Positions 27,101 through 39,100 of a stretch of DNA of 64,000 nt are shown here, piece by piece. The position numbers and the translations under genes were made by a program. Each line of letters starts with the position of its first letter. Positions within the stretch are counted from its first letter, which is position 1. Source of the stretch: Azolla caroliniana (lineage: Eukaryota > Plantae > Polypodiophyta); the NCBI GenBank assembly GCA_043228905.1, contig JBHGNT010000015.1, forward strand, positions 8,494,001 through 8,558,000, given 5' to 3'. The notes beneath the pieces are model-generated. The model searched no databases. It was not told the DNA's origin and worked only from the letters and a program-made list of their open reading frames with translations.

Positions 27101-30100
27101 AAGATGTAATCTCTTATTTGGTCTTTGGCCTCTTAAAAGACGTTAATATATCTTTCTTTCTTCTTTCTATCTACAATATATCTTTCTTTCTTTTTCATTC
27201 TCTTCCTATATTATTCTCTCTAGAATCTGCAACTCTTTAAAATTCCAATTCTCCAAGATTATTCCCTCTTATTCCTCATTTTTTGTACCTGTTTAGTATT
27301 ACAAGAGGCACTTAACTTCCATACAACCATTTCAACCACATTTCCCAACTTTTTACAAATAGGATATACCAGCCTCTTTTGCAAGAGCTTGATTTTGCTA
27401 CTTGCAAACAGGCTCTGCTCTTTGGCTGTGTCTCTACTTTTTGCAACTATTTTGCTACTGCTGTCTAACAGCCTTCTCACAGCTTTGCTGTGTCTATTTT
27501 TTCTTACAGCTGTTCCGCTGCTACTATTAACAGCTTTTTTCACATGGTATCAGAGCTGTGAGGTCTCCATAGCCTCAGCCTGATTTTTTGCCAAAGAGCA
27601 CACAAGCCTATCTTCTTTTATTCCACCCTCCCACCCTTAAAAGCAGTTTTCTTTTCTTTGCAACCTCCCTCCCAACACTAAAGAGGAGGTTGTCTTAGTA
27701 GCCACCCTCCCAACCTATAGAAGAGGTTTTTTTTTTCCCCCATCTGAGCTTTAGCTAGCGTTAAGGGAGGAGTAGAAAGACCCTAAGCATCTACATACAG
27801 CTGTTGAAAACAGTCCACATGTAGCTCAAGAGGAGGATATCAATGGCCTCACATGCCACCATTGTTTCATCAACCATTCCCCAACTCCCCAAAGAGTGCC
27901 TTGGATGGGAGCAATTACTTCGATTGGAAACTGCAGATAGAGACCTTGCTACAGTACCATCCTGAATGGAATGTAGTCTATGGTAGTGAGAACAAACCAC
28001 AGGTAACTTCATCTTCTTCAACCACATCAGTTGTTGATTCATTTAAAGCTGAGATTGAAGGTTGACTAGATAAGGATTCTAGTGCTCATGCTTTCCTCAT
28101 GTTTAATATTAAACTGAACATTGCCCATCTATTTCAAGATGCAAATGAAGAGACAGCCAACAAACTATGGGCAGCCACCAAAAACAGCTAGTTTCCTTGG
28201 GAAGCAAGTCAACCAAAGTTGAGTTTGTGCATCATCTAATGATCGAGTTTCCTGCATCATTCTCAGCCTTTTGTAGCACAATTTCTCTTCTTCCCAACAC
28301 TCCTGATATGAGTACATTCCTGGGCATGCTTCAAGACAGGGCCACAAGGAAGAAAAGTGCTCAAACTTCTAATGAAACACTTCTCCATGCCAAAAGTAAA
28401 GGAAAGTGAAAGTACAATGGCAACTCCAACAACAAATCCAATCTAAGACCAACAAACAACCTAGCCTACAAGGAGCCAACTTGACATTATTGTGGCTACA
28501 AAGGTCACATTCAGCCCAACTGTCGGAAAAAGAAAAGGGACAATGCCAAGCAGTCTTATTCTTCTACTGAAAATAAACCTACAACAAAATCAAACTTGGC
28601 CCACTAAACCAAAGAAACCATTTTCCTTGGCATTGAAGAACATTCTTCACATTTGGTTGGACCAACTACCTCAACCATTGATGGGTGGCTAGTGGATAGT
28701 GGCACTACTGCACAAATGACTTATAAAAAAACTATTTTGCATGATGTCAAACCCAGCTCCTCCCAAATCTCCATACGAGATGCCTCAAGCATGGAGAGGC
28801 TTTCCCTCATCAAGCCACTCACTATGCAACATCCATCTTGGAGTTAGTGTACATTTGTGGTCCAATGAAAACCACTACTCTTGGTGGCGAACACTACTTC
28901 ATGCTTATCATTAACAATTTCTTACGTAAGGTTCGGGTTTATTTGCTAGCAGAAAAAGCTCCAGCCTTCACCAAATTTCAAGAATTGGTATCTCTTTTGG
29001 AGAACGAAACATCAAAGAAAGTTCAAAAGATCAGGTTCAACAATGGTGGAGAGTTTATCTCACAAGCTTTCCACTGATTTTGCTCTTAAAGAGGCATTGC
29101 TTAACAATTTTCTGCACCCAATATTCCTCAACAACACAGCAATCTACATCATCAACTGCTGCCCAGCTAAAGCAGTTGCTGCAATGACCCCCTGTAGAAG
29201 CATTTACAAGTGTGTAACCCTCAATTTCTCATTTTTTGTGATGCAAATGTTCAGAATTCAAATGATAAAAGGACAAATTTTGAGCCCAAAACCAAGAAAT
29301 ACAAGTTCGTTGGATACAGCACACAATCCAGAATGTTGCTCATTTTTATATCGTGAAGTGATTGCTTCACAACACTCACCCCCTCTAAACTTGCGCACTT
29401 GTGCAACTTCACTCCTTTTTTACCTTCAACCACACCTCTAATCTATAAATCATTTATTACACTATTGGTATCGACAATCACTATAGTAGGGTCACTAGTT
29501 CATGCTACACACATCTCCTTTACTTTTTCTAACCTCAAGTATTTGATTGTTGCTCAAGCCTCAAGCCACATGTGATATTCTCAAGTTAGATATATTGTAG
29601 CTTTTGTCTTCGAAAGATCTCTAGCATAGGTCGATCCAGAATGGAAATGTCTCCGAAGCAAGGGAAGCACCTACGATGGCGGGAGATAATGGCTTTTATC
29701 TGTCGATGACAAGGGTGTCGAGATCGTGGTCCATGGGGCCAGGGCCTACGTGCACGGAAAATTGCCATCGCCCGATCCATTATAACCCCTTTGTTATATC
29801 ATGGTCGGGAGCCCATTTGTGTATCCCGTGATTGACTTGTAGCATTAGTAAGAGTGATGAGGCTAAAGACAGTTGTGATTGTTCTTTGTGGATGAGCTTG
29901 TGTGGCTATATTCTTCAACAACTTCTCCCGATGTCTCTTGAGCTCTAGCAAGAAAAGTCCTAGGCATCATTGGTCCTCATATTCCATTACCTTGCGTAGT
30001 GGGCCAAAGCCTTGTTTAAAGAGGCAATGGTATCTCCCTCTGATTTCATAAAAGACATTACAATGACAAAAATAGTGTTCTTCAGATTCCACTCCTTGAT

Positions 30101-33100
30101 GACACAATTGGCAAATTCTCTCTCTAGAGGTAGTCATGTATATCTACCTACCTCAATCTGTAACTGATGTGATGATGTTCGCAGTTGGCCAATCACACTA
30201 CGCAACGCATAGGATACATGTATGTCCATATAAAGTGGCTTGATGATGAATCCATCCTCCAATGTGTGTAAGAAGTGTGTCTTATAGTGGGCCATCTTTG
30301 TACCAAGTGGTATTTTGGGGATGATCCATGTTATCTTGTTTTCCAAGTTAATAATATCAGTTCGGATCACTCTATTCTTTTCCACTTTGGTCATGTTTAA
30401 ATGGGGACAATCCAAGCTATATTGGAACAGCAGTAGTGCATTTATACTCATGCCATGTGACTCGAACCATTGCTGCATTTCAGCATACCAACAATGAATG
30501 TCTCCACTTTCAGCCAATTGTCTTGATGTCATAAGTGCCAACCCTGGGTACCTTCATTTAGGGAGCTCCCAAAGATGTTGGATAAATGTCACTGATCGGA
30601 ACAGTGCCTCGGTGATTATAGGTGCTGCTCCCATCTCTGCCCGGATTATATCATGGGGCACCGATGCTTTGCTCCTTATTATGCAAGAAATTATTGACAC
30701 TAAAGGTCTCTCTAAATTTTTCTAATGATTTGCCTTGTTAAGACTCGGTCCCCATGTTTCTACTCCATAGAGAAGAGTTGGTGTGACAAGTGTATCAAAT
30801 AACCACAACTTAGTTCCTGGCTCTTGGAACTGCAAATGTGCACATTGTCTCTTGAGAGCACCAAGGGCTGCATATCCACGAGAAAGTCGGGCACAAGTAG
30901 CCTCCTGTAAGGAGAACCTAGGCCTTGTAAATGTTATTCCTAGGTATGTGTGTTGGAGGGTGGCAGCTCTAGACCTGCACTCTCTTTCATCTTTATTATC
31001 TTTGTTCTATATTCTCTTTCTTCCTAGATTCTTCGCCCTCTAGAATCTGCAACTCTTTAAATGCCTTCTCTCTCTAGAATCTACAACACTTTAAATGCAT
31101 TCTTTCTCTTCCATCTTTCCAAAGATATTCCTAGTTTATTGTACCTGTTTGGTAGTACAAGAGCCTCTTACTACCAAATAACCATTCTTAATTTTGTATA
31201 AATAAGCTATACCAGCCTCTTTTGTAACGAGATTATTTTCTGCTGCTACTTAAAAACAGTGTCTACTCTTTGCAACCATTTTTTCTATTGCTGTATAACA
31301 ACCTTCTCACAGCTTGGCTGTGTCTATTTTGTTCTAACAACTGTTCTGCTGCAGCTATTAACAGCTTTTCTCATAATGTGTAAGAGCGTGTGTATTCCAC
31401 CTTTTCCTCTCCCAAGAAGAATTCGGGTTCTGACCTTGTTACCCATGCTTGAGTGGTGTTAAACACCATCACTTTAGTTTTATCCATGTTGATTGGCAAA
31501 CCTTTGTCCGTACAAAATAGTTTTAAGGCATTTAGATGTCTTTGTAGTACCTTCGGATAGTCAGAAATAAGCACAATATCATCAGCATATAGTAATATTT
31601 GTATAGCTATACCTGCTAGGCATGCTCCTGAACCCCTGAATCTCTCTATGTAATGTGATACCTCATCTATATAGAGACCGAAGAGAGTGGGTGGTAGTAG
31701 GCATCCTTGCTTCACTCCGATTGTGCTAGCCACCGCCTCCGACAAACCCTTGGAAGACCGCACTTTTCCTAACACGGATTCATAGCGTGCATAGATTCCC
31801 CATTGCATATCTGTAGGAACACCAAGGGCTTCTAGCCGTTGCATAAGCCGAGCACGTGGCACAGTGTCAAAGGCTTTTCGGAAATCCATCAACCAGCAAT
31901 AAATCCTCTTATTATGGGCTCTATCCTCCTCAATAAGGGCCCGGAGGGTCAATATGTGATCCAAACTTGTGAACCCCTTCCGAAAGCCTGCCTGTCTAAC
32001 TAAATGGCAGCCATCCCGCTCTGCCCATATACTCAATTCTGATTCTAGAATCGAGCCATATGGTTTAGCCAAGTAATGGCCAATCATGATTGTCCTATAG
32101 TTGCTTGGCATCATTGGGTATCCACTCTTGACGATTAGCACAATGGTATGTTGAGTCCATCTAGTAGGGAAACCTTCACACATGTCTCTATTAAAGATGT
32201 GTGCTAGCAATGGGAGCAAGGTGTCATGCGCATAGATAAAGTGCTCACCCACCAATCCATCACGATCTTGGGCCTTCCCAAATTGTAGCCGATCAATGGC
32301 ATTTCTTACATTTTGTGGAGTAAAAAGGGTTGATTCATGTGGGCATGAGCCATCTAGGTGGGGAAGAGGAGGTTGCCCCAAGATATCATATAGAACCTTT
32401 GCATATTCATGCTACACCTGAGGTGAGGTCAGTTGTGTGGTAGGTTGCCTCTCATTAAACATTTTCCATGCTGTTTTACTCTCTTGTCCTAGGAACAAGC
32501 GATACAAATGATCTTCAAATTTAGCCAAATAAAATCTCTTCTTCTTCCTTACGAGACATTGGAAGGTTGCTCTTGCTTGGTTGTGTGTATAAATGCCCCG
32601 AGTTACATCAAGCTGCAAGCATCTCCTTGTATCACGACATTCCTCATTATACCAACTAATTTGTATTACTCTACCAAGTTTGGGGGGGTTGGCCATTGTG
32701 TGAGGAAAGGCATTCGTGGCTGCTTTATGCAATGATTTTGATAGTCCTTGGGTAAGTTCTTCAAGGGGTGCGAAAGGATCTAAATCTAGCATGCCATTGT
32801 ATACACCACAACTATACACATCAATTGTCTCGCGAGTAAATAGATACTTAGCCAGCCCACTCTCCTTAGCATATACATCCTATGTGCATCCATCCTTTAC
32901 CTCGAAGCATAGATATGCATGATATGTTGCCAAGCCAATAGGTCTACCCGATATAGTGAACTCTTTTATTTCAAGTATAAGAGATGGAGATCTCATTAGA
33001 TAATTGACTGTGCTTGCGCCACCTTTTGGGTTCCAACATGTCAAAGCATCTGATCCAGGCCATTGTGACAAGCCATTATATATCACAAATCCATGCGCAC

Positions 33101-36100
33101 TTCCCAAGGCTAGAAAGTGTTTTCCATATTCAGTTATAGCACTCATATCTTGAGCTTGTCGCTTTAGACCAACCTCTTCTGCCATAACTTCTCTATAAAC
33201 AGCCTCGTTGGTGTTAAACATAGTTGTTTGTTCATCCTTGGTTCGTGCTTTAAAATCTCCTATAAGTATTATGTCCCCCATAGTAGCAAATCTGATGATA
33301 TCATCATATAATGGTAGATATGGTGATTCACCTAGAGGTGCAAACCTTGACTAGGCAGGTAGAAAGTAGCAAATTGCAATATACAGCTCCCTAAGATCCC
33401 CTCTTTTGATTCGTATCCACATGTAGCGTGCATCTACATCCTTATGGACAACATGCACTCTATCATGGAGCCCTTTTTTGTATAGCACAACCACTCCTTC
33501 CGAACCTCTAGTGCTTCCTGGTGTCCAAGGTTGGGGACGACATATTGACCCCCATCTATATCTTTGTACCTCAGGGAGTTTGCTAGCCATGCATTGGTGG
33601 GTCTCTGTATACATAGCAATATCTGTGCTTTTTAAGGTATCTTCAAAATATCTGACATTTGTCCGTAGAGAGCCGTTGCAATTCCATATGGTCATGTGTA
33701 TGGTCTCATAGGCCATATATCGTCATGCGGTTCTCTTCTCTGTAATAATACGGCCATCAAGCACTCGTGGCATGTTTTCTTTGCGGTGTGCCCCTTGTGC
33801 TGGAATGAGATCGTCATCTAAGTATATTTTTTCACCCTTGAGTGCCTTTCTTTTAGAGAGGAAAGCTTTTTTATCCATGAAGCGGATGATAAGGGCTTTA
33901 GCTCTAGACTCATCTCTTCCCATCCTCCACGCTGAAGCAAATGGAATATCTTATGCCCCAATCTTTGTTCCGAGATTCTTGGCATCTTCTTATGGGCTTC
34001 CTTTTTCAGCCCAACCAACCTCTCAACTTGACCTTTGGCATCTTTGACCATGTCTGCCCATGTTTGCATTTCCTTCGTGACATTGGCTTTCATTGTAGAG
34101 ATGCATCTTTCCACTACTTGTCCTTTTTCAAAATCCACTTTTATAGCTCCTAACTCAACCTTACTCGAGGATATTTCATCCTTAAGGTATTGTGTCATGT
34201 CATCCTTGAGCTCTAATTGTGATTTCTTCAAATGGCTTATTATGTCTTTCTACATCTCTTCTAATAACTCCGATGCTGAACTTCATCAGTATACATCTGG
34301 TTCTCCGATGAACATGAAAAGAACACGCATGTCACAATGGCCTCTTCACTCATGCAACTTTGCCTTACTGTGCACTGTTGTGCAATCACAAGAACCCACT
34401 ACCAATCACAGGAACTGTCAAAGGTCAAGTTGGGGATATTAGACAATGAGACTACCAATGTCTCCCATGAGTCAGGTAGTGTCATTAGCAAGAAAATGGC
34501 TTTGAGCTTGTCATCAAAAGGAGCCATTCCTAAGTCTTGCAGCTATGATAAGATACCTGTAAACAAGGACAAGTGTTCAGCTGCACTCTTGGACTCATCC
34601 AGTTGAATGCCAATAAGCTTTTGCATTAGGTGTAGTTGCTTAGCAAGCATATTGTTTTCATATGTAGCCTTCAGCTTTGCCCATATTTCAAAAGCAGATA
34701 CCAACCCTTTGAGATCTACCAAAATCTCATCAGAAATAACCATCTCAATATATATGACAACCTTTTTGTTTAAAATCCACCATGCATCTTCTAACATGTT
34801 CTCTAGTTTTTCTGCCTCCAATGACCTGTCACAATCCTTCAAAAAAAGAGTTCCTTGCATTCTCTCCTTCCACAAGTCGAAACTTGTTCCCTCAAATCGT
34901 CGAATCTCAAAAAGGTTCTTCACGTCTGAGGAGGATGATGCCATAGCTACATAATAAAGAGGTCTGAACACTTTTTCTTTGCTGTACAGACCTATGCAAA
35001 AGTTCTGAAACTCTAAACCTCACTCTAATACCAGTTGTAAGGGTTAGGAATGATGTCAATAGGGCTGAGAAATACCCAGGATTCACCCTAGTATCGGCTC
35101 TTTAGATGCAACAGTGGAGCTATGGCAGAAATGATAGAGAAAGAGCAGTAGTTGGAGGAGCTTACCTATGAAGTGAGATCCAAAAGTTTTTAACTTATGT
35201 TTTATATGACCCATTTAGGGTTGGCCAAGTTTACACTGGACTTGGCCCAAAAATAACCAAAAAGTGATTAGTGACTTTTGGCCTTTATAAATAGGCCTAG
35301 ACACATTTACACACTATAAGGGGTCATTTAGGGCCTTTACCCCAACACCATATGCATGTAGTTTTCGTTTTGTGCTTTTAGGCTTTTCTTGACTGGAGCT
35401 TTCAATTTTCTCCAGCTTGGCAAAACTCAATTGTAGGTCTTCCATGCCTTTGATTAGTTCATGAATTGATGATTCTACTTCTTTTCCTTTTTCTACTCTC
35501 GCTAGAGTTGTCGATTCTTTTGTTGGATGATCTCTCGTAATAAACTTTTTTGAGATTTCTGCATTGTCCTCCATCCACAATTCCCTCCTTCAGAGTATAC
35601 GACAAACCTTTGGGACGTCAACCAAGTTGGACACAAGTCCCAATCTGCTTTTTCGATCCTCCGGAAGGATCACTAGATCTTTTCTAAATGATTAATCCGC
35701 TGTTTGAAGGAACAAATCTACATTCCCAGATTGAAGAAACTCTTGATCCCTCACCGAGAGCTCATTGTACTTCTTTTCAAATTCTTTCAGTAATTTTGAT
35801 ACTGAGAGTACTTTCTCTCCCTTCTCAGTCCACTCAAGAAAGGTCTTCTTTGTGACTAGTACTATTGTCAAGCATATATTCATCTAACAATGCTAGATGA
35901 AATCCACTCCAAATGTAGAATCTTTCTTGAAATTCCACGACCTTTACTTGAACAACTAGAGTCAACACTGTTGAATTGTGCCACCATATTTACCCCAGTT
36001 GCACCTTTATTGGTCATTTCATTCTCATAGACCACTAGAAATCTTCTGATGTCTTCACCATTGAATTGACCAATATTTTGAATAACCAATTGTATAGCAA

Positions 36101-39100
36101 CTGTCAACTTGCTTTCCAATGGGTTAGCCGCACTTTGTTACTATAACATTCGGCTCATCATGGTTATCATGACGTTGACCATATCCGTATTGGCGCTGTT
36201 GTCAACCATTTTTTTTCTATCAAAGACACCTCTCGTAGACACTTCATGTTGCATTCACCAAGTTTTTGTTGTAGAGTTCGTGATCGGTGCATCAAACCGC
36301 AAGGTTATGTATAAGGAGAGTTTGTAATGAAAACGGAAAGAAACAAGCAAGGACAAGAGATGGAGGCCATGTGTGATTCAAGAAGCAAAAAGTATATGAT
36401 AAAAATAAGCTTTATTATATTGAAAATACAAGATTTTACCAAAGATACAATAGTCAATCATAAGGACGACAACAATTCAAACCTCCTACTCCCACTCAAG
36501 CAAGATATAAGCCCGCCACCAATTCAGACCTCTCCCTCAACTCCAATTGTTTTCCCTCCCTCTATATACCAGCTTCCACCACTTCCGAAGTGGCTTAAAG
36601 CCATCATTTGTGATTCCCATCTCTCCAATGATGAACTTCATTAGTATACAACTGGTTTTCCTACCAAAATGAGAAGAACACGCAGGTCACAACAACCCCT
36701 TCACTCGTGCAACTTTGCCTTAATGTGTACTGTTGTGCAGTCACAAGAACCCACTACAACAAACGAAGCTCTTGTTCTTCCGAAGAAGAAAAGCGGCAAT
36801 GGAAGTTGAACTTAATTCCAATGAGCGGAATAACACATGGGAGCTGGTCCCTCAGCCTCAACATAGGCAAGTCATTAGACTGAAATGGATTTTCAAGACC
36901 AAGTACCATGCGGATGGTACTTTCGATAAATGTAAGGCATGCTTTGTTGCAAAAGGCTACTCCCAAGTGGAAGGAGTGGACTATGAGGAAACCTTTGCAC
37001 CAACCACAAGGTGCACCTCTATTTGATGTGCTCTTGCAATTGTTGCTCACAACAAGCCTATCTCTCAAATGGATTTCAAGTCAACCTTCCTTAATGGTGA
37101 CTTGAACAACCTCCAAGTTTCAAGATTTAAGAGCGGAAACACATGGTGTACAGGTTACACAAAGCTTTGTATGGCTTAAAGCGAGCTCCCAAAGCTCGTC
37201 ATGAAAAAATTGATGCATTCTTTCTCTCTCTCTTGGGTTTCAACACTGTTATGCTAACAACAATATCTATGTCTTTTCCCAAGATTTGTTATGGCTACTT
37301 TACAAGGTCCCTTGCTTCTAAAGTCGAGCAGCTCCATGTTGACCTCAAAGCCACATTTGAAATGATTGACTTTGGACTTCTCCATTACTTCTTAGGTATG
37401 GAGGTCTATCAATCACATGGTGGTATCTTCCTCAGCTAACATTGGTATCTCATGCAACTCCTTGAGACCTATCACATGTCAAATTGCAAGCCACTCTCAT
37501 TTCCCACGGATCCAAACTCACAGCTATTTCCTGAGGATGATTCTCCCATATTTGAAGGTTAATTGGGGTCTCTTCTTCACGTAACTTACACCAGGCCTAG
37601 TTTGTCCTATAATGTGAGTATTCTCAGCCAAATCTTAAGTGCTCCAAGACAAAGTCATTCGCAAGCAGCTATTTCAGTTCTTAAGTATTTGGCCAACACA
37701 CTCAAATATGGACTCCTAATCGGACGCTAATTGGGCAAGTTATATTGATGATAGACGGTCCACATCTGGCTATTGTTTTGTGTTTGGCTCAAGCTTAATT
37801 TCTTGGAAATCAAAGAAGCAAAATTCAGTTTCTACTTCATCAACAAAAGCTTAATATCGAGCCTATTTGGATACTTGTTGTGAGTTTCTTTGGTTAATGC
37901 AACTGCTTTGTCATATTCGTGTTTTGCAAGACTCTCCTATTCATGTTTTCACTGACAGCCAAAGTGCCTATGCATTGGCACATAGCTCAGCATTTCATGG
38001 TAGAACAAAACATATTGAAGTGCACTATTTTATTAGTGAATTAGTCAATCACAAGTTATCGATTTGTTTAATAAACCGCTTCCAAGGCATGCCATTGATC
38101 AACTCCTTAGTCGAATCAATGTTGGACCACCGTTTTGGAGCTGAGAGGAGGTGTTGAAGGGTGGCAACTCCAAAGCCGCACTCTCTTTCATCTTTATTAT
38201 CCCTTCTCTACATTCTCTCTACAATATATCTTTCTTTCTTCTTCTCTTCCTAGATTCTTCTCTCTCTAGCATCTCCAACTCTTTAAATGCCTTCTTTCTC
38301 TTCAACTTCTCTAAGATTATTCCCTCTGATTCCTCATTTATTGTACCTGTTTGGTAGTACAAGAGGCAGTTAACTACCAAACAACCATTTCACCCACATT
38401 CCCCAATTTTGTATAAGTACGTTAAACCAGACTCTTTTGTAAGAACTTTATTTTTGCTTCTACCTGAAAACAGGCTGTGTCTCTTCTCTTTGCAACTATT
38501 TTCCTACTGCTGTTTCTACTATTTGCAACTATTTTGCTACATTTGTATTTATGCAGAAATATGTCGGTGTGGGCAATATATAGAAATACAAATTGACTGT
38601 TGTGAAAGAGTTTCACTCGGATTCGAAATCAGAAATTGAACTTAGACGCAAACAGGAAATAAGAAAGAACACACAATTTACGTGGAAAACCCTGATTTAG
38701 GGTAAAACCACGGAACAGAAATTTCACTATGAGAAATGACAGAATACAGTCACAGAACAATGAAACCTGATTTGGTATGAGCATGTACTGAAACCACAAT
38801 TTCAGTCAAGCTCTTCAAACTCTAGCACGCAGGTGACTATTCCTTCCAAAGCTTCCGAAGCTTCTCTGTCTTTTTCTCTTTTGCTTCACACTTCTTTTCT
38901 TCTTACTTAGCTTCTGAGTACGTATACTCTTACACAGCCACTACTGTGCAGAAAACCAGTCGTTCTCAGATTTACCACACACACGCAACTCGTTTTTCTC
39001 TCAGATATATATATATGTCTCACACCCTCACATACGCTATGTAGGTTTTCCCCTTTATTCACTATTTCACTCTTAGTGAGTTATCCCACATACAGGCGCA

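Larger units (their letters stand above)
22664..38541 (+). mobile_element. Old, heavily decayed, probably chimeric Copia element(s) in PTOX intron 2 (antisense to the gene)
   Basis: 5' LTR 22664-27544 split by a LINE; PBS TGGTATCAGAGC at 27545; gag [10 protein letters not shown]; protease WLVDSG; integrase remnants to ~29560; RT/RNase H 36740-38100; PPT GCTGAGAGGAGG; 3' LTR 38152-38541. No matching TSD found. Confidence 0.8.
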
